A stretch of 64,000 nucleotides of DNA, taken from positions 111,724,001 to 111,788,000 of the forward strand of contig OZ024742.1 of NCBI GenBank assembly GCA_964016885.1, in the 5' to 3' direction. The stretch is from Eledone cirrhosa (lineage: Eukaryota). This document shows, one piece after another, positions 53,305 to 64,000 of the stretch. The notes beneath the pieces were generated by a model. It worked only from the letters and a program-made list of their open reading frames with translations. It made no database searches and was not told the DNA's origin. Every line of letters starts with the position of its first letter. The first letter of the stretch is position 1. The translations under genes were made by a program, and so were the position numbers.

Positions 53305-54700
53305 TAAAAGTTAAACAGATGTCATAACACAAACGGTACAGTATATCGAAAGAATATATTAGGTTAACGCTTGAAATAGCAGAAATAGTGTCTTAACGTT
53401 TCGGATACTAGTTCTTCATCAGAAGAAAGAATGAGAAATTAGCTATATTGAAGGGATGGTTAGGATGTAATTGGAAAAAATGTTTTTATAGAAAAATAAC
53501 TGGTACATTCATGTTGTCATCTCTTGGAAAAAAAAAGATATGTGTGTGTGTCTATATAAAATTGTGAAAGGCAAACATAAAATACAAAGCAAACGATTCG
53601 GTACAATGATGAAATATATGAGTTTAACGCTTGTTTGATTAGGAAATGTGTCTCAAAGTTTCGGATGTTAGTCTTCCATCGGGAAACAGAATGAGAATTT
53701 AAAGAAATAGAAAGATAGAAAAAAATTATGAGTGGCAGAAACGAAAAATATTTTCTTTGATACAAATAAAAATCAGGCCTGTTTATTCGCCAACTCTTGG
53801 GAACTAGTGAATCGAATGTTGGTGTCGAAGTTCAATTTGTCCTGTTTTAATAGGCAGTTATCGAATGCATCTGTGTTAAAAACGAAACACGCTTGTGTTT
53901 GAAATTAAAAACGTGAGAAATAACGGTTAGAAAGTTGGATTCACAACCGTGAGTTTGGATTTTCGAAAATATGTGTAACCGGTTGATATGTCGCAGGAGA
54001 TTAACAATTACAAAATAACAGGTACGTTACTACATCTACTGTAATAGCATATCCTGTTAAGCCCGTTCACTTCTTGTCGGATCCACTCAGGTTCTCCCGT
54101 AGGACTCGTCATGCATATTTTTTTTTTAAACCTGCAGCTCTTCGCACTAAATAATACGCGTGGCCATTTCTTTCCAGAACGTTGAATAAATAATTCTAGC
54201 ATGTGTCGTGCGGCAATATATAATGTTCATCAACAGTTTGAAACTCTTCGATTTCGGAGGACTTATGAAGATAATGGGCATCACCCACTACTCTAGACCT
54301 GCTAAAATGAAATATATGGTGGAGATTTCACGTGTGTGACCACGGGCTGGAATGTGACAGGTAGAGAATTTTAAACGAAGATATATATGGCTTTTTTCAC
54401 GATGAGATCAACATCACAACCAATATGTTGGGTCAGTATTTATTTCTGTCTCTCACATTTCCAGGGTTGAGAAGAATTGGGAGAGATGCTGTCATTACTA
54501 TGTTGATGTATATTATGTATAAGAGATCCACGGTGATTATGTGGTCTAGCATTGAAGGGAATTTGTTTCTTGAGATAGGCATTGCATGTTTTTTTGTAGG
54601 TTTAAATGATGTTGCCATGATCCCATTGAGTGTTTTAATCTGTCTTAAAATTTCGTAACATCGGTGAAATTCCGAATTAGGCTTTCATAAGTAATATATT
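53305..54700 (-). mobile_element. Highly decayed Penelope-like element
   Basis: IITVDLLY..NI (RT motif A remnant), YQPVTHIFENPNS (GIY-YIG PVAxHF remnant), HHR at the 3' end. Confidence 0.5.
53391..53426 (-). ncRNA. Minimal type I hammerhead ribozyme
   Basis: Minus strand TCTT-CTGATGA-AGAA-ctagta-TCC-GAAA-CG-TT-AAGA; 4-bp stem I, ACGT palindrome, one stem II mismatch. Confidence 0.78.
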
Positions 54701-55831
54701 GGCTCTATTCAAAGTAAATACATACTTCGTTCAGTAAATGTTTAATGTGTTCATTTCAAATATTTATAATTACACACACACACGTGCACACACACACACA
54801 CGTGCACACACACACACACGTGCACACATACATACCCCCCCCCCGCACACACATATATATGTATATATGTGTGTATTTTAACTTTGTATATCGTATACTT
54901 TACTATATGATTACGAATACACATTGGAAAGCCGTTAGCAATGACTTTTAAGGGTGATGTGTGAGTTGAAAGTAAGTTCCAATTTCTGGTGCCTTGAGGA
55001 GTGTTTTTCATGTTACCTAGAATATTGCATAATTTGTCGGTTCGATATAACATTTCGTTGTGCGTTTTTGTTCAAATAATTTTCACTATAACTATGAATA
55101 TATGTATCAAATGTTCAAAAGTGTGTGTTTGCACAGTCTCCATCGGAAATAAAAATTAATTGATATACGTTTCATCTGTTTGTGTGTGTGTGTGCGAGTG
55201 TGTGACCATATTTACATGAGAAGCAACACACCACTATTTCCACCTGAATAATGAAATTAATATACAGAAACTATATATTGATATTCTAATTGTGACATAC
55301 AATGTTATTCAATGAGCAAAACTTATAAAAAATATTTATAAGTAGATACTATAAAGCTACAACTCCATTAAAAGTAATCCCAATACACGACGATGGTGAT
55401 CGTCAATATGTAGTTTAAAAATTAATCAAAGCATTTACAGTTTAATGCTAACGTGTAATAGATATCAGCAGGATGTAAGGAATCGTATAACCTTCTTTTA
55501 TAAAACATACACCTCTATTGAAAACACTGAATTTATGAAGTACGTGCTGGGATATAGTTTACACAGCAGGTAAGATTTTCATTTCATATTACAAAAATCT
55601 GACTTTTTAATATGTAGATGTAACACGAGCATAAATAATCGAAGCCTTACGCACTATGAAAGAAAAAAAGACCTGCACTGATTGAAAATGTATACTCTGC
55701 CGATTAAGCCCGTAAATTAACTGTAAAAGTAAGTACGTAGTATATAACATTGTAAGTACGGAAGGACAGTGTAGGAAAAGAACACCATTTACATAGGTTA
55801 GATGGTGCGTAGCATGGGATAATTTATAGAG

Positions 55832-56208
55832 GAGCACTTGCGGGAACTCCTAGATGGGAAAAAAATCATCAGTACTCCAGCATAACAAAATGAAACATGA
55901 GGTCATAATAGAAAAGCTCGAGATTAAAATCCTGTCCACACACAGCACAGACGCAATGCTCCTACAGATTACAATAGCTCAAACATAAACGAAACAGAAA
56001 GAAAAATGAGTGGAACAGCAAAATCTCACAACAAGTATTTAAGGACAAGACAAAACTCCTACAGATAAACACAAGAACTACTAAAACAAACTTGACACGC
56101 ACGGATAGAACAAGTAAACAACTGGTGACAAGTAAATAAATGCATAAATAAATAAATAAGTAATATAAATGTATCAAAATAGAAAAATGAATAAAACACA
56201 CGTAAACA

Positions 56209-56299
<91 letters not shown>

Positions 56300-56628
56300 A
56301 CACACACAAACCGGGATATAAGGCATGCGTAGCCTAAAAACACAGCTTACAAAAACAAGATGATGTAAATAGAACATAAGAGAGACAGAAAATAACAACA
56401 AATGTAGTCACTGAGGAGGTCACAGAATGTATGACGAAAGAGCTTTGACAATAAACAAATAACCCACCATCCGTTTATTAAACCTATCAACCGGAATTGA
56501 AGTGAAAATCAACAGGCATGTGTGTTTTTCTTGGCAGCATCACCCTCCCAAACTATAGCAATAGCTGTTTCAATACACGTTGTCAGATAAGAAATCTCGC
56601 TAAAGAAATACAGAAACGAGATATATAG
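55832..56628 (+). mobile_element. 5'-truncated Penelope-like element (GIY-YIG C-terminus, CA tract, HHR, family G 3' end)
   Basis: EHLRELLDGK/SVLQHNKMKH..KLEIKILSTH..DAMLLQIT..KNEWN, paralogous to 52520-52720. Confidence 0.8.
56407..56449 (+). ncRNA. Type I hammerhead ribozyme (PLE 3' region)
   Basis: GTCA-CTGAGGA-G-GTCA-cagaatgta-TGAC-GAAA-GAGC-TT-TGAC followed by AATAAA. Confidence 0.78.
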
Positions 56629-57997
56629 GTACATTAGGATTAGCTTATCCTCACTGTCTCTGATATGCTGCACTTAAATATGATCATAGTGTAGTGTGAC
56701 TAATCATATAACACTGAGTGCCCAATCTAATTGCAGACAACTTAACATGTTATGAGCTCATGCAGTTCAGCTGTAGCCCAAGGAATGTAGTGTTGTAGAC
56801 GTAATCAATTCTTATGCAGATCGCAGGTGTTAAGTCCTGCCAAATTAAAATCCATTGCACGAGAATCTCCCACAGCATTCTACACAGTATACGACTCTTC
56901 TGAAAAGATGTGATGAGGGCACAGCAGACCTCCCAGACTAGAACAAAGCAGAAAAATAACAAATCCTCAAAGAATGGCTTGCGACCTAGACCGTAGCCCA
57001 TTCCAGTTCATTAAAGTAGCTGATTTTATTGAACATACTATTTGAAAGTACAAGAGAAGCAGCACTCATCTTCAATACCGAGAAGTATGCTTATTTAGCA
57101 AGCATACTGAGTAAAACCAACATTCAGTTCAATGTTCCCGCCAAAGAAGTTGAAGTCAGATGATTTGTAGACATCTATCTACAATCTTATGGAATAGCGC
57201 TCAATCTCTGGGGAAGTAAATCCTTAAAAACAAACGCCGAGGCTGCACAATGACGATCCGACTTATTTTGGTCCAAAACGATCAAAATTGATGTCTATAT
57301 AATCTAAGTGCAGCACGCTTGCATTTCAAAGTAAGAAACCCGTTCGGCAGGCTTTGATGTGGACACCCCAAAATCCGTTGTACCGATGTAAAAAAAAAGA
57401 CGTTTTCAGGAAGCTCGTGGACATGGTGCGACTATAACAGGTAATAAATTAAATGACCACGTGAAATAACAGAAAGCTATAAAGAAATGGGTAAGTTTAT
57501 GGAATCAAACCATTCGGAACTTTCTTTACAAAAATTGAAAAAAAAAGAAAAAGAAAAGCATCCTGAATACAGCACGATACACATTCACACGTGCACCCTC
57601 AAACCCAAATATAAACATATAGTAGGGAGAATATAAAATCAGTATGTACAAGAAACATATATACATCTCGCTACGGGGTTTTGAGCTGTGATCATGTCAC
57701 ACGTAACTGTGTAGTTGAGTGTAAACGCAAAACATTAGTGTTCCACGATTTCTGTCCGTCGAAAGTGAATCATACTCATTCAGTACTGCAGCAAGTATAG
57801 ACTATAACTTATATGAATTTTTGGCAAAGAAAGGTCTGCTGGCTATGTTCATTTGCATATAATGGCTTTGATTAATTATTATTAACAATAACAGATTGTG
57901 ATTCATAGTGAAATTGTATAAGAAAGCATACACACATGTCACCCAACGAGTGTTTAAGATGTGATCAAGTTACAGCTATCCACATAGAGAGATACGC

Positions 57998-58083
<86 letters not shown>

Positions 58084-58091
<8 letters not shown>

Positions 58092-58637
58092 CCCCCTCGT
58101 TATCGAGTATGGCCATTGCACGATATACCATTATTAATAATTGTTAATTAATTTTATTATGAAATGCCTGTACGTGAAGATATTTTTTTAAACTGAGGAA
58201 AGACTGTGCACTGAGCCAATCCCACACTCTGAGCGACAGTAGCTATAGCCAGAAAAGAAGAAAATATCAACATCATCGGTAACTACTGAGCCGCAGGTTT
58301 TATATCGGAATTATCCCAGTTTCATGAGTTGCTTTTTCCTAGAAGAATGCCTTGACAAAGGCTAGGGGTCCTTCACTCCCAGTGGTTTAACTCCGCGATC
58401 GGGTGTCCAGCCAAACTATGTCTATGTCCCGGTGGACCCATGTATATACACACATATGTACATGTGTATATACATATGTACACACTTATGGATGGCCGTT
58501 GACTCTTATGAGTTCTTCCACCCTTTGTCATGTTTTAATTTTTGTCCTGCAGGGTGTCCAAAATCCCCCTCCTCACCAAGTATACTTCGTGGGGTTGCCG
58601 GTTTAGTCGCTGACGACCCGACCATGCGACAGGTTGC
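58084..58637 (-). mobile_element. Probable RTE-related non-autonomous element between microsatellites
   Basis: GC-richer island; tttttcctagaagaatgccttgacaaaggctag and gggttgccggtttagtcgc recall RTE/BovB 5' UTR sequence (from memory, unverified). Confidence 0.35.
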
Positions 58638-58655
58638 ACATATATATGCACATAA

Positions 58656-58779
<124 letters not shown>

Positions 58780-60279
58780 ACGTATGTGTGTGAGTGTGAA
58801 TTTCAAACAATGCCAAGTTAATCGAATAAGAATACATAGGCACCGACAAATATTTAAGAATTTCAATCTATATTCTGTTTCTTTCAATGTAAATTTCTCT
58901 TGTAAATCGTTGACTTTCCATTTATCTTTCTCTCTCCTTGCTGCGGTCAATCACTAACCCTATTGATTCTAGTGTCTAAGTAGCAAGCAAGAAAACATCA
59001 ATCAGTCTACTGACCGTTGCTGCTGTTAAAGTGATAAGGATCAAAGTAGATGTCTTCCCCTTGCTAAGACTCAGCAAACAGAATCACAAGAAAAGCAGGA
59101 AATCTACTTTGTACTGGTTGTAACAAAAAAACAGCATCGGCTAGGGAGATAAATCGACAGTGAGACAGAATATTGACAGAAAATACATTACAAAATGTAG
59201 GACGTGACGATCGCTGACAGATAATAGATTAAATGTTAAAAATTAGGGAAAGAATATCGATAATAAGATTTGCGTTCAAACGACTAAAGTTTGCTTTATT
59301 CATCCTCTAAACGAGTTTGAGCAGATCAAAATCATTGCGTATTAAATCATGATACAAATATCTATAGGAGACGTTCGCTGTGAGAATCATTTAAAACGTT
59401 AGCGCTATATTACTTGGAACAAGAAAATACGAGCGTTATAAAAAAAAACATGAATTATTTAAGCACTATAAGAGAATGAATATTAATATGTTTGCTAATA
59501 TTATATTTCACATGAACATAAAACAAACGTACTGATAAGACAACAGGAAGAATTACATCGTCATTTGACATACTAGAAATGACAGCCAAATGTTCCACAT
59601 AACATATCCTGCCATCATAAAAATAGTGAAGATGATATTCAGGAATACTGTCCACTTATTTAAATTCACCGACTTTCCCCGTATGGCTGCGCTATCAATT
59701 TGGATCAGGACATATCATCATCAACAATAAACGACAACTGACAACATTAATGCTCAGATTCGGTGAGGTACTGGGCAAAACTATAATTGAACAACCATGA
59801 GAAACGAATGTTCCAGTCCTTCAGGTTCCATTTCAATACTAGAATCTCTATAACGGATTAAATCCTATTTGAGTTGTTCATTAGCAGCAACAAATTCTTA
59901 GAATGGAATTTATTAAAGGTAATATAGGAATATGAGAAATATTATATCGTAGATCTAACTGCCTGTCTGAATGGTCCTCATAATCCCTCAGTCTTTTAAC
60001 ATGCTCTATATAGTCGAGGAAACAAAATTCATAATAAGCCCGAACATTTTAGCTGGAGAAGACACATTATAGTTACTACAGGAAAAGCACAAGAAATGCA
60101 GTGCATATGCGTCACACTAAAATATTTAAAAAATAATTTAAATAAATTGATTCTGTAATATGACTTTGTTATATGACTATGTTCACGGATTAAAATAGCA
60201 TTAAATTACAGTTTTCCACATTCACATCAATTTCTATGATTATATTTCCCTACATAAAATGCATAGAATTATTAATTTA

Positions 60280-60745
<466 letters not shown>

Positions 60746-60774
60746 ATATATATATGTTACTAGATATACTAATT

Positions 60775-60846
<72 letters not shown>

Positions 60847-61852
60847 GAACAAAACGGCTGGAATACAAAGATCCATGGCCTGCACAGTACTGTCGGGGAT
60901 CCAGGAAGGAGTACATTAATCATCGATTAATATAAAATCAATAATCTGAAAATCCCGGACAGAAAGTCTTCGGCAAACTAGACCATTTGCGGTGTTCAGA
61001 TTATCGACATTACAATTAAATCTCCTTGTCGATGCTGGTATACCCCATGTGGAATTAATTGCTATTCGGTCAACATGTGACAGCAGTAATGGCAGTTTGG
61101 CTGGGATTGACGGTAGCGCTAAATATCGCTGGCATTATGAGCATTCAAGGGTGATTAAAGAAACAAATTTGGGAGTTCATCATCATAATAAGTGTTTAGA
61201 TCGATATCGAATGGTATCAATCTCATTACTTACAATGAACGCAACAAATCCATTTGGAGTACATTCATAGGATCAATTGAACGGCAACATTCCAAGCCAG
61301 TACTTGTAGTCGTGAAACCAGCTTAATATATGAAAACTAAATATAGCAGCTATTGAAAAGGGAGGTGCATTTCCAAACAAATTAAATATCATAAGTAAAA
61401 CAACAGGCATCACGCGCATGCATCTAATTGACTTCTTTAACCCGATACAATGAATTTGTTTACTATTAAATATTTGTTTACATTAAATATTTTTGCCTGT
61501 GTCAAATACTACCTGTTGCGATTGGTATGTCAATTTTATCAAATATGAAAATGAGTGTTCTTATATTCTGTGGGAGTTAGAACATATATGATGTTCTATA
61601 AGAGTTTCAACAGAGCGGGATTAAATTGATTCTCAAGAAAACTTTCTTGGTTTAAATAGAAAATTGCTGCAATATGCATATTCTACATAGTCACACAACT
61701 GATTAAATTGTGCACCACTAAACTCTATACTACTAAGTACTTTCAATCACATAATTGGTGTCAAGATTCTGCGGTATTTTAAATCAATACGCACACATAC
61801 TTGCGCTCGCTTGTATGTATGTCGCTTTTTATATACACCGAATATATATATA

Positions 61853-61916
<64 letters not shown>

Positions 61917-61919
61917 AAA

Positions 61920-61963
<44 letters not shown>

Positions 61964-61979
61964 CTCTCTCTCTCTCTCA

Positions 61980-62031
<52 letters not shown>

Positions 62032-62039
<8 letters not shown>

Positions 62040-62278
62040 ATACTTTGGGAGGGTCATGTTGCCAATAAGAAACACACGCACCAGATACTTTCACTTCAAT
62101 TTATTATTATAATAAATTTATAAATTTATAAATTTATTATAATAATAAATTGAAGTGAATGCAACTGGTGCGTGTGTTTCTTATTGGCAACATGACCCTC
62201 CCAAAGTATAACAATATCGGTTTCAACACACGATTTCAGATAAATAATCTTGCTAAACAAATTCAGAAACGAAATATA
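62032..62278. mobile_element. Palindromic family G element
   Basis: Near-perfect ~90-bp arms centred near 62122, with the right arm extended; homologous to 39453-39671 and 56495-56627. Confidence 0.88.
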
Positions 62279-62763
62279 TATATATATATATATATAAAAT
62301 CGTCTCGGATACTTAAATATCTCAATCGAAGGATAAGATATATATTTAAAAATCTACTCGGAAATGTAATATAATATATTAAAACTTATCCAAATTCTGT
62401 TTTTGGAGGGATATAAGCTAGACAGTTTTACTTACAGAGTTCCCAACCATGGTTTCTGGAGTTCAAAAAGCAACATTAACCATTCAAAGACATTGGAATG
62501 AACAATATTGGAATAATTACAATTCCATCATAATTTTGAGAATTCTTTGGAACAAGTGAAGTTGAATACATTTCATAATACCATGTCATTGCCGGACACA
62601 TGGTGTCCAACGTGTCACTGAATTTTCATATAAATATATCCTACTTAATGTAATAGGAGAAAACGATATGTTTATATTAACACTGGAAATATCAACCAAA
62701 CCGTCAATAATAGAACTGCTTACATCCCTCCAAAAAGTGATTTTGGCTTATGTTTTAATATCT

Positions 62764-62798
<35 letters not shown>

Positions 62799-63403
62799 AT
62801 GTGTGTCTGTATGTTTGTGTGTATATGCATGTATATATTCCTCTCTTTGTTGAACTAATATATTGAACCCACTAGTAAACGGACAGTAATTAGTGCAGAT
62901 TCTAATTTATGTAGGTAACTATGAACTAATTAAATATGGCTTGTGACATTTATCGAGTTTTTATTCCATAGACCTCTTTAATTTTCAGGAAAGTTATATA
63001 TGGATCTAAATGAAGTAAATGTTGCAACGATATGTTATGCATCAAATATCGAATAGTATTTCAGAGGGATTGTTTAAATAATGCTTTAAAATTCTGCAAA
63101 CAGTAACATTTTCTGTGTGTTAAAGTTGTTCCCAAATGACTTATAAATATATGAATCTTCATTGAAAAGTAAAACGTATAAGTATGCATAAACTGCTTGT
63201 TCTACTGGAAATAAAAGGAATTTTCTCAATTTATACTTTATTGTGTATACATGTGACATAATGTTATCTAGTATAAATGCTTCTACAAGCACGAGTTTAA
63301 CATGCATAGAATGCTGCAAAGCTTGTTGTCTGATGCTATACCAACACTACCAAACCACAAGCCATAAAATAAAATTCAATGTGTTTGTTACAGCATAATA
63401 AAA

Positions 63404-63535
63404 TTTCTATTTTTGGCACAAGTCCAGCGATTATCCCAGTGTATTACTGGGGCTTTGTTTTATCGAACCCGTAGAGATGAAAAGCAAAGTTAACCTCGGC
63501 GGGATTTGAACTCAGACAATAAAGGGCCGTAATTC
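63404..63535 (-). mobile_element. tRNA-derived SINE
   Basis: ggcacaagtccagc..tatcgaacccgtagagatgaaaagcaaagttaacctcggcgggatttgaactcag. Confidence 0.85.
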
Positions 63536-64000
63536 TTCTAAAACTACGTTATCTATTATGAACATGCGATAGAATCGCTAAGCTATAACAGCAATAAATA
63601 TCGAACTGTTATAACAGCAATAAATATCCTTCAAATAATGCATTAGAAAACGTAATTCTTGTAAATCAGTTGGAATGCTAGATTGTCTCTGCATACTCCA
63701 TAGCTAGGACACTTGGACCTATGCTAGTCCACCAATGTGAACTTCTATTATTTAACTGGCACCTCTCACCTCTCAAATCAAACCCCACCATCTAAAGATG
63801 TTAACGGCCCATCGGATATCGTGCCTCACTATTCAAACAAACGACATACAAATGGGCAAGTACGCTATGTTTAGACTAAAGATCCGCTGAATACGTACAA
63901 CCATTGATTTAAAAAGAAAAAGAACAAATTAAATATAAATAATTCACTTACTTCTGCGTATAACAGTTTAATCACTATTTAATATTATACAATTTCCTGA

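Overview
AT-rich, repeat-dense animal genomic DNA. The SINE family and heavy (TA)n/(CA)n load suggest a cephalopod such as Octopus (inference). I found no supportable host gene. Most ORFs in the track are microsatellite artefacts or transposon fragments. Main content: a decayed near-full-length Helitron (~22.6-28.7 kb); two long and at least four short Penelope-like element (PLE) copies; fragments of RTE, L1/Tx1, R4/Dong, Vingi/Ingi-like, CR1 and probably CRE LINEs; and tRNA-derived SINEs. The most striking signal is about a dozen intact or degenerate type I hammerhead ribozyme (HHR) folds, found by manual base-pairing. Some sit in the 3' pseudo-LTR regions of coding PLEs. Others sit in several unrelated short NON-coding families (~487-bp and ~500-bp units, ~150-330-bp elements) inserted into (TA)n tracts as partial-tandem plus inverted arrays. 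These HHRs often have enlarged stem II loops, palindromic stem III and recurrent core variants at U4. They look like a set of retrozyme-like, non-autonomous PLE-mobilised elements. All folds were read by eye; none was computed or tested.
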